Below are positions 14,545 to 27,704 of a DNA stretch of 64,000 nt, one piece after another. The stretch lies in contig MU053652.1 of assembly GCA_013239625.1 (NCBI GenBank), positions 6,315,902 to 6,379,901 on the forward strand, read 5' to 3'. This DNA comes from Lama guanicoe (taxonomy: Eukaryota). The notes below the pieces were generated by a model. It searched no databases, had not been told where the DNA came from, and saw nothing but the letters and a program-made list of their open reading frames with translations. The position numbers and the translations under genes are program-made. Each line of letters begins with the position of its first letter. The stretch's first letter is position 1.

Positions 14545-16650
14545 TGTTGTGGCCCGGACACGTGGTGTGGAACCTGCTCAGTGGCCACAGGTGGGATCTC
14601 CAAGGCCTGTGGTCAGGTGGAAAGACGTCGGCCCTCACTGCCCTGTTTAAGTACGCGGATGAGAATCAGGCTCGCTACATCAAGAACTTGCGGAATGCAT
14701 GGCCGTCCAGAGTGGGTCCTCTCGGACCGAGAAGAAGGCGGAGATCTGGAGGATGATGGACGTCGCCAACGCCGACATCAGGCAGCTGGGGAAATCGGGA
14801 ACCAGAAGCTCCCTGATGGCTTGGAGATACCGCTTCCTCCTCTTTTACTCGGCAAACTGGGCTCAGACCTGCAGAAGAAAACGGTGTGCATCTGTGGACA
14901 TCTGGACGTGCAGCCGGCAGCCCTGGAGGACGGCTGGGATAGCAAGCCCTTCACCTTGGTGGAATCAGACGGCAAACTGGATGGGAGAGGAGCAACGGAT
15001 AATAAGGGGCAAGTAGCCTGCTGGATGAGCACCCTGGAGGTCTTTTAGAAAACAAATCAGGAAGTTCCCATCAACGTCTGCTTCTGTCCAGAAGGCATGG
15101 AGGAATCTGGCTCCGAAGGCCTGGACATGCTGAATTTTGCCCAGAAGGACACATTCTTCAAGGACGGGGACTACGTCTGCAACTCTGACAACTACTGGCT
15201 GGTGAAGAACAAGCCCTGTATCACGGCACATCTGCTAATTTTTCATCGAGGTGGAATGTAGCACAGAGACCTGCACTGGGACGCGTGCAGTGGCTCCATC
15301 CACGAGGCCATGACCAATCTCATCGCCTGACGGGCTCCCTGGAGGACAGGAAGGGGAAGGTCCTCATCCCCGGCATCAACGAGGATGTGGCCCCCCATGA
15401 CGGAGAAGGAGCTGGAGCTAGACAAGACTGACATGGACCTGGAGGAGTATGCCAGGGATGTGGGGGCGGAGACCCTGCTGCACTACTGCAAGAATGACAT
15501 CCTGATGTACAGATGGTGGTCCCGTCCCTCTCCCTCCACGGACTGAAGGTGCCTTCTCTGGATCGGGGGCCAAGACCGTGATTCCTTGGAAAGCGGTCGG
15601 CAAGTTCTCCAACAGGCTTGTGCTGAACATGACTCCTGACCAGCGAGCAGGTCACAAGCTACTTGACTAAGAAGTTTGCGGAACCGCACAGCCCTAACAA
15701 GTTCAAGGTGGACATGGGCCATGGAGGGAAAGAAAACCTGGGGGTCCGACTTCAACCACTCCCTTTACATGGCTGGGAGAGGAGCCCTGAAAACAGTTTT
15801 TGGTGCTGAGTCAGACTTGACCAGGGAAGGTAGCAGTATTCCTGTGCCTCTGACGTCTGAGGAGGCCACAGGGGAGAATGTCATGCTGTTGTCCGTGGGG
15901 TCAGCTGACGTTGGAGCCCACTCCCAGAATGAAAAGCTCGACAGGCAAAATTACATTGAAGGAACCAAGATGCTGGCCACAGACCTGTCTCAGCTGAACT
16001 GAGCACCATCCCACCCCCGCCACAGGGAGTCTGCCCTCCACCCTCATGCTCTTGCCATCTCTCAGAAAAGCATAAGCCCCACTCTCTCCTTTTCCTGTCT
16101 TCAGAGTCCAGAGTGCTCACCATTACACGATGGAACCGCTCCTTTTCCTGTCTTCAGATTCTGCAGACTTCAAGTGGACCTGAGAGCACCCACCCGTCTC
16201 AGGATGGAGTTACTTGTACCCGGCAGCGATAAACGTTCAGTCCTGGGGGTAAACGAACCCAGATGACACCTGAATTCTCACCAGTGGTCAGCATGACTTT
16301 GGCTCCAGAAAACAGGCGAGACCTACAAGCCCAACTTCTTCTGTAGGAAGTTCTAGTTGACATCCACTTGGGATAAAGAGAGGACCTGGTGCTTCCTGGT
16401 CTCACCTCTGCCCCAAGTCAGGGTCGTGCACACTTGGAACATGTAGTGATGGGCACCTGATGCCTCCAGGGCCACCCGTTTTGATCCGTTGGTGTCTCGT
16501 GAGCATTCTGTCCTTTTGTCCAGACCTTAACCATTACTGGTGTTCCATATCTCCTCTTTATTACAATTCCCCCCAAACCTAAACCTAACTGGGAGAGTTA
16601 TGCGGTCTCAATCTGTTGCTAAATAAAAAGTAAAAACAGGAAAAAAAAAA
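14545..16650 (+). pseudogene. CNDP2: Processed (retro)pseudogene of CNDP2, cytosolic non-specific dipeptidase (M20 peptidase); CDS remnant 14625-16002, then 3' UTR and poly(A)
   Basis: Intronless translation fragments match CNDP2 throughout: (T)[168 protein letters not shown]. Disablements: start ATG>ACG (14625-14627), frameshift near 14685, deletion near 14790, in-frame TAG at 15046-15048, further indels. AATAAA at 16622-16627 and A-tail at 16641-16650. 5' boundary approximate. Confidence 0.97.
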
Positions 16651-16683
16651 GTACTCATATCAAAAGGCACTGCATATTAATAC

Positions 16684-16950
16684 GGAAGGTTGATTTTCCA
16701 GCCCATTTCCCTCTTATCCTTAGGGAATTGGGTGGCATAGTCACATGCAGATTCCCCTGTGGGGTGGTATCTCCAAGGGTACACAGGGAACTGATCTTCA
16801 TTCCCCTCCTGGCAGAAGCAGGCAATGCTCTAATGCCTCCCCAGGGTGGAGTTAGTGGGTTGTAGCAGGAGCTGGGCCTCCACACCCACCCAGCCTCCCC
16901 TGGAGCAAGGAGGAGCCAAGCAGAGTTCTGTTCTTTGAAACACACTTTTA
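16684..16950 (+). mobile_element. Probable ancient L1 5' region, right flank of the CNDP2 retrocopy
   Basis: gggaactgatcttcattcccctcctggcagaagcaggc and ggagctgggcctccacacccacccagc motifs. Confidence 0.45.
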
Positions 16951-16989
16951 AGAAAACAGACTACAAAGTAAGAGACAATATAATTTATA

Positions 16990-17805
16990 CAATGGGCATA
17001 GTTTACTTGTATCCAGAATTTGTAAAGAATATATAAAGAACATTAATGACTGAATAATAAGACAAACAGCCCAATAAAAAACTTCAACACATACTTCACA
17101 GAAGGGATAAAAATGACCAATAAGCACTTGAAAGGCTGCTTCTATTGTTATCGGGGAAATGCAAATTAAAACTGGAAGAGATACAGGAGTCTTACATATT
17201 GCTGTTGAAAATGGTACAACTCATTTTTAAAATAGCTTGAAATATTCTTTGAAGTTATGCTTATCACATCCACACTTAATTCCACTCTTAATTATTTACC
17301 CAAGAGTTATGAAAGCATATTTCCAAGTAAAAACTTGTGTGCAAATATTCATAACAAGAATTTTTCTTCATGAGAGCCAGAAACTGGGAACAACCCTGTG
17401 TCAATCATCCTGTCAATGATTAAACAAAGTACAGTATACAATGTAATAATAACCACTCAGTATCAAAAGGCACTGCTTATTAATACACAAAACAATGTGG
17501 ATTATTCTTTAAAATATTAGGCTGAATGAAAGAAGCCAGATATAAAAGAGTACATACTGTATAATTCTATTTATATGAAACCAGAAAAGACAAGTTTAAT
17601 CTACACTGATCCGAAGCAGATCAGCGGTCTCCAGGGACCGGTGTTGGGGTGGGGAATGGCTGCAAAGGGGGTCATTGGAACTTTTGGGATGAAGGAAGTA
17701 TTTTATAACCTGATTGTGGTATGGTTACATAGCCAAACATTTATCAAAATTATTCAAATTATGCATTTAAACTGGATGAGTATGTAAAGCATAAAGTTTG
17801 ATTTA
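16990..17805 (+). mobile_element. Ancient L1 (L1MC/MD/ME) ORF2 end and 3' UTR
   Basis: ggggaaatgcaaattaaaac, atttacccaagag, ggctgaatgaaagaagccagata..gagtacatactgtataattc, ttttgggatgaaggaagta. Confidence 0.85.
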
Positions 17806-18304
17806 AAAATATATATATACACAGATATACATGAATACACACACATGCACACACACAGATACATCTGTATCACAAGAGATAACTATGACATACCTGCTTT
17901 AAAAGCTTAAAATCAAGATTAAAATTATTATTTGTGTAATTACCTGTTTTAACTGTCTATTTCTCAATATTGGGTGAGTGACTTAGTACACATTATTTTT
18001 ACAGAATGAGATTGGTTTAAACACTAGAGACTTGACCTTTTCCTGTACATTGCTTAATTTTAGATATTTATTCAACTGCAGGCTGATAGAAATATTTCAT
18101 CTTTTTATACATCAAATGATATTCATGTGATTTTAAAGATGCTAACATCTATTAAAATTGTTTATTTCTTTCTATTAAGGATGAGTCATATAAAATTGTA
18201 TTACCCATATAATATTTATATATTTTAATATTTATTCTTATGTTTATTACAAGGAACCCATGTGTCTGTTATAAAAATTTGAAAATAGCTTTCCACCTGT
18301 GTGA

Positions 18305-18503
18305 TGGTGTCCTAAAGCAACATTCTTGCCATGACGGACATGGTCTGTATCTGCACTGTCCAGTGAGATTCTCACTAGCCACATGGAGCCATTAAACACT
18401 TGAAATGTTCATATGACTGAAGAACTGAAAATTTAATTTTATTTACTTATAATTAATTTAAATTTAAATAACCACATGTGGCTAGTAGTTACCACATTTG
18501 ACA
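18305..18503 (+). mobile_element. MER3 (hAT-Charlie MITE)
   Basis: gtatctgcactgtccag..cactagccacatg..cacttgaaatgt..gactgaagaactgaa..ccacatgtggctagtagttaccac. Confidence 0.85.
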
Positions 18504-21500
18504 TTTGGATCTACTACCTGGAATGGATGGAATTGGTCATTCTTTGCATGTATGTCAATCTACTGTCTTACAAGGGGGGCATTCTCTCTACACCTTCTCA
18601 TTCCTATTTAACTGGAAGAAACACTCGCCTGATTTTGTCAAGTTCTGAACATTTGTTAGATGAACTTTATGTTGGCAGGATTATTTCACATTTAATGATG
18701 CCAGAGGTGAGTACGGAGACCTCAGAGATCTTCTCCACACTCACAAGGCAGATGGGGAAAGCTGAGCCCAAATCTGTCTCACTGGCCAGTTAGAGCCAGT
18801 TTAGCTTCTCTCTTCTCTCACAAGTTGTTAGGTGGCTGGGAGTTACTGATACTGGTTAGTATTGAGCTTTTAGTCTGACAAATGGTAGAAGCCCACTACC
18901 TACTGTCTAAGCTACTTACTCTAGTTCAGATTACTTAAGAGTCCTATCTTTGGAATAATAGGCATTGTTTTAATGAAAAGTTCCTGATTTCCATCATCTT
19001 TTTGGCAATATTGAAGGTTTTCTACCTGCTAATGGTTTGGGTTCTGAAGGACTGTTCGTAAGTTTAAAATCACTAAAGAAGAATTAAAACATTTTGTCCC
19101 TGGATATTTTAAAGTAAGATACAGTCATTTCCTTTAATAATTTATACTCTGCCTTTCAGAATGGCTTTATTATTATGGAATGCTCTGTTGTCTCTTCTTC
19201 ATTTCCATTGTAATCATATCCTCACGACTTCTGCACACATTGGAAAAGATGAGGTTAATGGTGCCTACACAGCAATACAGTCTCAGCACGTGGATGATAA
19301 AGAGGGCAGAGAACAAACAAGACAAGTCTGCTGGTCTCCAAACTAGGGTATTCATCTCATACTGTACAAAAGACAGGTGTGCCTCTTAAGGCATTAAAAA
19401 AAAAAAATCTTGGAGGCACTAAAGTAAGTGTTGGTTTTGAAAAAAGTGAACGAGACTAATGATGAGTAACAATTATGTTCCAAATCAGGTATTTTTACTT
19501 CATTCTTTCCCACAAAATTAAAGGGAGAACCAATCCAGTCATCCACTACTAGAAACTTATAGAGTCTGGAAAAAGATATCTAGGGGATATTTGGCATATA
19601 ACTCGGTAGTTCAGAGATTCTAGCTGCAAAAGTCTTTCCAGACCCACCTACTTACTTATGCAAACAAGATATCTCAGATCTCACATCTGAAGGTGAAAAT
19701 TAGCTACCGAACTCTGTCATATTCTAGCAATTAATGCTATTAATTGATAGCACATTAATTAATTATAAAAGAAAGTCCAGTTATCTTAAATTAATTTTCA
19801 ATAAAATTTTATTGTTTTAAATTTATAACTAGTATAATATATAACATAATTGTTTATACTAATTGTGTACTAGTCATTGCTTTAATTATAACTCGACCTC
19901 CAAAGAAATTTTTTTAAATCAGGACCTTAAGATTATGGAAAATTGGAAAATAAAAAAATTTCAGTTAACATACTTTATTGTCAGAGAATTAAGAAAGAAT
20001 ATATATCATGTGAATAATGTCCCCTGGAGTTAAGCTACAAGTGGCACCAAAAACATGTAAGAATAAACATGTATGGCATTAATATTACACTAAGTCTGTC
20101 TATAAAGGAAATGGAATGGAAATATGATTTAAAGGAGAAAAAGAAAGGATGTAAAATTTCAGACCATTTAGAGAAACTTTGACCACATATATTTTAAAAT
20201 GTCTGATGGTGGGTGTTAATTCTCTGTAGTAGATAGGGGCCACATTTATTTACAATTCTAGAGAAATTATATTTTTGCGACAATAATAAATGTGATGAGA
20301 TTCAAAATAAAAATTCATTTGGGGATACACGGGTTTAAAAGCTTTTTAACAAGATATATGAACAAATTTTTTGAAGCCCAGTGGTCTAGACCAAAATGAC
20401 AAGCAAGATCTCAGGCTCTACCTATGGAATTAGTAAGCTGAGCCCATATCTAGGTAAGATCTGATATTTCTCTTGGCACTTTACCTGGAGGAGGACTGAC
20501 AATGTGTTTGACTGCGGTACCCTGTTCCTAAAACTGTCAAAATTTTATACCGATTTCAAATATTTAATTATAGCAATGACTGGTGAGTAAAAGAGAACAT
20601 CCAGAGACAGAAGTCTCCAGGATCACAAGGACAACCCAGCCCTCCTCGGTTTTTGAATGAATAAGTGATCGTGGACTGTTGATAAGAAATTTGATAATTT
20701 TTTTCTTCTACCATAAAGCATACACACAAGAATGTGTACGTGCCCCCACAAACATACACACATTCTTGGGCATAAGCTTATTTTGCAATTTAAAAAGACT
20801 CCATCAGAAATTTGATATTCATTTTTGAAAATAACTATATATACATATATACATATACATGTACATATATATGACTCTTTTTTCAACCTTGAAACCTTCT
20901 ACTTATGATTCCCATAAGCAACTTGTAGGAGAAACTGGTTTTAAATAATATTTTTGCCTTGAGGTTTTCTTAATAGCTTATATTCTAGTCATAGGCAAAT
21001 TCTGTTACTTTGAGTAAAATTATTGTTTTAATAAAACTTGTCTGCTTCAGAGATTACACTGCCTTTTCACATTTAGCTTCAGAAAATATTTAAAAGCTGA
21101 GAATTACCAAATCCTATTTTTTTTTACATCTGGAATGAATATTTAAATTTACTTGCTTATTACTTAATTTTGTTATACTCTTCCCTAATTCTTGGTAACT
21201 AAATCTTTCACTTGATGTTGTTTTAAAATACTGAGGATTAATTGATTTGCATTATACCAAGCATTTGTATAAGACAGAGCCCTTGCTGTGTAACAATTTA
21301 TTTTTCTGTATTGCAAGCGTTCTCACATGGTTAACACCATCTGTCGTAACTATCGAGATGCTAACGGCTTCTTCTTCCTCAGTCTTTATTTACCATCCGA
21401 AATGAGCATTTGTAAACTTGTACAATTTATAAACAGATACAGGAAACTCTATACAGGATGTGCAGACAGAGAAATTTCTTTCTCTTCCGTTTTCTTTTAC

Positions 21501-22889
21501 ACATAAGGTCTACTTATTGTGTGGTGTTCTGGAACTGAAGGAACTTGGTGGATACTGCAATTCAGCAATAAGATGGTAACGAAGCTCATCATAACCCTGG
21601 ACTATTAGGGCTGTTGATTCAACAAAGAAAAATTATATTTTGTTTGCTATAGGCTTAATGTCAGAGATATTTACCTGAATTTTAATGTTTGGAAATGTAA
21701 TTATCTGCAAAATATGTACAGCTACTATTAATCAGGATACCTGATTAAACAGAGCACTGATTAGCTACCATCTGATCATATCTGATGAAGAGACCAAGGC
21801 AAAAATGGGCATGATGAAAGATTCACAGATGGATTCTCTTCCTGTATCTGTGAGTCTGAAGCTCTGCATCTTGTGAGAGTGAAAAACTCAGGGTGATCAG
21901 TGACATCCATACACACATGTGTGTGTGTTTATAACCACATCTATCACTCTGTTTACACAACAAGTGTATGTTCTAGCTGCAGTCATATGTATATTTCTCA
22001 GGCAGTCATCCGGGATTTATGTTCTGCCTTTGAATACCATTTATTGTTTTCTTCCTTTCGTTGTCTTTGCTCCTCTGCCTGCCTCAAAGCAGAGGAAGGG
22101 GGCAGACAGTTGGAGAGTTTGGGCAAATGAATCCTTGCCCTAGCTGTGCCAACAACTAGCTCTATTACCTTCAGCAAGTGACTGTACTTTTATACTTCAC
22201 TATCTTTATGTAAAAGTGTGTTGGACTAGGCCACTGTCTGTTTTACTTTTTTGAAAAGCAGTTGTACCCTTAAAAAAACCTTATCCTTAAAAACCTAAAC
22301 TAAACACCTGAGTGGAAGTCAGATAACATGAAAACTGCTGTGGATTCTGGATTAAGTCCTAGAATAATATATTCTACCTTTTCATCTGTTAAGTAAGAAA
22401 ACTGGATTAGATGGTCTCCAAGGCCTTTTCATAGATTAATATTCATTGTTTCTCTAAATCCATGATAAAGTTGGCCAAATTTAAATATAGATTAATTGAC
22501 CAAGGAAGTTTCAATTAAAAAGAATTTTAATTAAATCCATATTTAAATAAAATTCGACAATGAATTTTAGCAAGAACTTTTGTCTTCTTACAGCCAATAA
22601 TTTACCCAAACTTGTACATTCTTTCATCTTTTACCTCTACTCTTTCTTTCCTGAGGCTGTTTTTACCATATTAGACCAACCAAACTTCAGCTATTTCATT
22701 CATCTCCACTCTCTAGACTGCCTTTCCACTGACAAAACCTACCTGCTTTTGCAAGAATATTCTTTGTAAAGTGGTCCCACTCTGAAATCTTAGAGGTGCC
22801 GTCCATGTTACCATTGCAGCTGATTTCAAAAGCAACCACAAAAGTAACCCTTCTCTGTGATCATGCTTCTTGAAATGCAACTTTCCAAT

Positions 22890-23335
22890 ACTTCGCAGCC
22901 ACAGGTTGGTGTCTGCACCCTGACCTTCCATTCTGGGCTGGTCTTGTGACATACTTGTGTTTATAGAATGCAGAAGATGTGCTATTCTGTCAGTTTCAAG
23001 CCTAGGCTTCCCAGATGTCTTGTTTGTTTCTGCTCTTTCTTGGAACTCTGTCACCTCCACATGATCAAACCTGGACTAGCCTGATGGATAAGGAGACACA
23101 CATGCCCCAGATACCCTCATCTCCCCAACTGACAGGTAGCCACTATATGTGAACGAGGCCTTCCTAGACCAGGGAGGCCTCAGCCTACCTGTCAGCACAT
23201 CCCAGATGCATGAGTAAGTCAAGCCATGACCAGCCAATATTATCCACTTTACCTGATTCATGACCTACTACAAATGGCTGTTATGCCAGTAAGTTTGGAG
23301 TGATTTTTTTTTTCATTCAGCAAAAGCTAAAACCT
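22890..23335 (+). mobile_element. MaLR LTR, MLT1H-like
   Basis: ctgggctggtcttgtgac..agaatgcagaag..tttcaagcctaggc..atgtgaacgaggcc..taagtttggagtgattt..cagcaaaagctaa. Confidence 0.8.
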
Positions 23336-23961
23336 ACCTCCACTGCCCAATTTCGTGCACTAAAAATCTTTTGTCTGGATTAATATAAAAATATTCTGCT
23401 GCTCTCTGTCTCTAGTTTTCATATTCTCCATTGCACTATTCCTCAGCAGTACTCAAAATGCTGTATTCATATCTATGGGAGTGGTAAGGGTTAGCGGAGA
23501 AATACATCAAACCAGATAATTTTCAGGGAATCATTTTCCACCTCCTTCAATTCCTTGGGTGCCTTTCCCTAAAACTGACCTGCCTGAGAATGCTCCTGTG
23601 ATCAAGACATCATGCTGGTTTTTCTTTCCCACGTCCTCTTCACAAGATGCCAATTCAAAATATTGGTTTTGAGAAAACATCTTTATGAGTTGCTATATCT
23701 TTTTCAAGATAATTTTAGGGAATATATAAGTAAAAGCATTTGAAAACCACTGCATCATTGCCAAGTGCACTTAGCATGCAAATGTGACCACTTTTCTCTC
23801 TAGCTTAAAATATTTCAACAGCTTCTTTATCCAATCATTCTTTAGGATAAAATTCAAAATCTTTGGCTTGGTGATCAAGATCAAGAACCTCCAAGACCTA
23901 TATCAACCTAATTTTCTGGCTTTATTTCCCTTTAAGAAATCTTGTTTTAGTTACACTGTAC

Positions 23962-24290
23962 CATTTGTAATAGTCTTACAACTTGGACCAAGGTGCCTCC
24001 TTGAGTCAGGCTCCCCCTGTCCTCCCACAGAGACAGGGAGATGGGGCACCATCTTCCTTAATGACTACACTTCAAAGAGATGGCTCCCATGTCCTTGAGA
24101 AAGACAGTCCTGGGTTGTAAAGCTGACAGAATCCTTTAAAAAATTTATGTCTCAAAGGGGCAGAATTTACAGGTACAGTTTTCTAAAGTAAATGCTCTAA
24201 AGGAAAGGGAGGCCAGGGACCTAGAAGTGGGAAGAAGCCTGTCTGAAGTCTGATCCAACTGTGGGAAAGCTTAAGGCCACGCTGGTCAGT
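23962..24290 (-). mobile_element. ERV1-class LTR fragment (MER34/MER39-like), next to an L2 remnant
   Basis: ttcaaagagatggctcccatgtccttgagaaagacagtcctgggttgtaaa and ttttctaaagtaaatgctcta motifs. Confidence 0.6.
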
Positions 24291-25649
24291 ATTTTGAAAT
24301 GTGATGTCACACCAAGTTATCTAACAAGGTTTTAGAGCTAGTTCTTACATTAAATTCTCTTTAGGAAAGTCTAAGTATTTTAAATGTGATCTACTCCAAC
24401 CTTTCTCCCAATGTAGAAGCTCCTTCTTGCTTGACTCTTAGAGTCACAAAATTCTTTATCAGTTCTGATAATTAAAGTGATTATCTGACAAAGCAGTTAT
24501 TCTATCTTTGCACAGCTCCAATAACAGAATATACTTCAGTATTGCTTTCTAGTTATAATACAAAGGCTTCTGACTAGAAACTTCTAGGTTGACTGTTCCT
24601 TGGGAAATTAGACAAAGATAATGTAGTTAGGCAACAAGTTTCTATTTTCAGAATAAAATCAATATATTACTAGTTACTAGTTTTCTTAATTTGGGAGCAT
24701 ATAATTTTTGTCAGAAAGTCAACTGGTGACACATATTTTAGGGACACGTGAAACAATTGTGGATAAAAGTCGGCTTTTATAATGCTTAAAATGTTTGATG
24801 AATTCTTTCTTTCCTAGGCTTGGATAGTATATGAAACCCTGACAATTAGCACAGAAAAATCAAAGTACTTGATAGAGATGTGGAATCATCACAGTCATTA
24901 GTGAAGTAGCCTGCTGGTGTTTGTTATACCTTTCAGTAAGTTTCCTTCGTATATTTTTAGGCAAAAACCAAAGGCATCTAGAAAAATGTGTGAGGCTATC
25001 AAAATACATTGTTTTAATATGCCTGAAACTTCTGCTTTAAATGTGTTAAATTTGTCTATCAATGAAGCATTCTTCTCCTTATCTCTGTCTGTCTCCTTGC
25101 AAAGACTTAGTAATGGTTATATTATTAAGGTCAGCTCTCCCTTCTCTGTCTCTGATTAGCTGGAGTCCCTAAGACCAGAGAGATTCCTACAAGCTCATAC
25201 ATGCTTCCTTCCTGGGCTTCCCTTCAGCACAGTGGGCATCACCCTGAAACTAAGTGCCATATGCTTTGGTAGAGTGAACAATAACGAGTGCAGGGTGGGC
25301 CTCTATGGTCAACTAAAAGGTGAAAATCACTAATAGGAAACTGATCCTTGAAAATTCCCTAAACCTTCCAGGATTGAAAGATACTTCTGTTTCCTCCTTG
25401 GAGCCCCAGATGAATTAATTTATGTATGTTTATAGCCCCAGGCAAATTAATTAATTTATGTTTATAAGTCATAATTTATGAAAAATACTTTAGACTGTGA
25501 ATCATATGCTCAGCATACAGGACTAAGGAATATGAGAGTTATCAGAGTTCTGTTTTACATTTCAGTTAACTCTCAGGAACAACTCGGGGATGATGAGTAT
25601 TCACATTCATTAAATTATAATTTTCTCTCCATCTCTCCTTCAGTTCCTC

Positions 25650-25683
<34 letters not shown>

Positions 25684-25739
25684 ACACACACTTACACACA
25701 CACAAACACACAGCTATTGGAATTTAATTATTCTAAGCT

Positions 25740-26173
25740 ATGGGAACTGAACTCAATATAATTTCCTGTCCCTGTATTAAACTATCCTAGAACCAAGCAA
25801 AAGCAATTTAGCTGCCTGCTCCAGGAAACACCTGCTTCTAGGAGACAAGCATATGAACCAACTAAACAGTTTACTCCGCAAGGCTAACAGCTTCCTGATC
25901 AAAACTTGCTTCAAGATCCCTGCCTCTACGTGCCCACCAATCTGGTGTTATGATATCTTAAATGCTAACAAAGTTTGACTAATTTCTAGTTTTGGAAGAC
26001 CCTCTTAAAATCACCCAGCTCTGTCCCTAAAACTCTACAAATCCCTTGCCTTAATTTCCCATTTTTGAGACTATTAAGACTCTGCCAAGCCTGTGTTCTC
26101 CCTTACAGCAGTAAATCTAATCAGCCTAACATTGATCAACAAGCTTTTCTGGTGGTCTTTTCGAGGAGTCAAC
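25740..26173 (+). mobile_element. Old ERV1-class LTR (MER89/90/110-like)
   Basis: gtgcccaccaatc, aaaatcacccagc..ccctaaaac..aaat, gtgttctcccttacagcagtaa, ending in ..ggtctttt..ggagtcaaca. Confidence 0.55.
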
Positions 26174-27667
26174 AGTTGAGAACCAAATGTCTATATGATG
26201 TGTCTCCACCACATCAGTATGTCTGAAATCCCAGCCTATGTTCGAATGTACGCGGCATACATTCTCCTAACTCTCCGTGGTCAAATTTCATTCAAATTGA
26301 CTTCTGATTTTTTTTTCAATCAATATCAATTTAGCCTGAAACCTGTTCTGAGTCCCAAAACACTCTGATGAGTCCCACACTCCCCGCTACCCTATCCTTC
26401 CCACTCCTTCCCACTCCCCTCCCATGAGTCTAGCCCTGCTCCATAATGCTCCTATCCACTACACGTCAACAAGGCACCTCTCTTAGAATTCCAGTTCCAT
26501 CTGCCAGACCAGGTCCAGGAATTAAGCCCATTCTTCATGCCTTTCCAGTGCAAATGTATGGATGGTGCTCTTAACCTCCGACCTACTGATCTTTGATATC
26601 TTCCCTTTGCCAATTTCTTAACAATTAAAGACTCAGTTTTCAGCATTATTATTCTATAGGTATTATAAAGAGTTTATTTATATAAAGAGAGTTATTATAA
26701 ATACAGAATTAAAAAGCATATTTGAATCAATAACTTGATACAAGTTTTATAAAATATAGAACTACAGAACTTCTCCAAGCCTCAGTTTGCTCAATTATAA
26801 AAGAAAAAATATTGCAAAACAGACAAAATGACATTCTACATGGGAGTGTATTTTGCAAATATACAGTTTCAAAGATGTTCTATTGAAGTAATGGTGTATC
26901 AGTGGGCTAGAATGCTTCGTTTACTACTAAAAAGCACAAAGAGAATGAATATTTTTGTGCATTTGGATTAATAAACTACCTAGTTGAGCTACATTCTTTG
27001 TTGCAGACAGAATATGGGTGTGTTTATACTTGATTACTTAAAGGAACAACTTCAATGTCCAAGAACCATCTATTTAAATGTGTCATCATCTAGGACCCTA
27101 GCTCCTTATTCCCTTGGCTTTTGCTACTGAACTTTTGGCCACTGCTGGGCTCATTAGCATCAGAGTGTGAGCAAGAAGGAGAGATGTGAGCTGAGATAAA
27201 ACTCCACTCTTGACTTTTTGTTAGCAGCCCTGTAAAATATTTGTTAGGGAAAGGCTTTACTTTTGCATTTATCCTTTCCTCATTCAGGGGTGGGCTAAGC
27301 AAAGCACAGGACATAAATACTTAACTTTATGGTCTGTGTACTATGATATCAAATGGCTTCAAAGGGACAGCTATGCCAAAATGTGTTATAAGTAGCATCA
27401 TTAATTTCTGCCACTTGGGGGCTATAATTTTGACTGTTAACTCTTTGTCATTTGTATGTATACAAGATAATACATATTTATATATTATATAAACATATGT
27501 CTGTGTACACTTCATATGCATATACTTCAAAGAAATGAATTTTTAAGGTTAATTGTTCTAAGAGTATATGGTGCTTTTTGTGTCAGTTTTTGTTTTTGCT
27601 TTTTGTTTGTGTCTTTTTTTTTTTTTTTTTTTTTTTAAAAGAGAGAGAGAGAAATATGTAGGCTTAC

Positions 27668-27704
27668 CTTTTCTTTTCAGGCTGACCTGACCCTGGCTTT
27701 CAAA
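27668..27704 (-). other. Candidate 37-nt internal exon
   Basis: Acceptor ctttcccattttctgtcgttatccatttcAG, exon TTTGAAAGCCAGGGTCAGGTCAGCCTGAAAAGAAAAG, donor AAG|GTAAGC. Confidence 0.5.

Noticed and set aside
14482..15048. 188-aa ORF as a functional novel or fusion protein
   Set aside because: Non-ATG start, an out-of-frame N-terminal half, and a CNDP2 fragment ending at a premature TAG; it is part of the pseudogene.
19160..19389. Acceptor-like site followed by hydrophobic ORFs (MALLLWNALL.. / MLCCLFFISIVII..)
   Set aside because: No good donor, no recognisable family; hydrophobicity is explained by T-rich composition.
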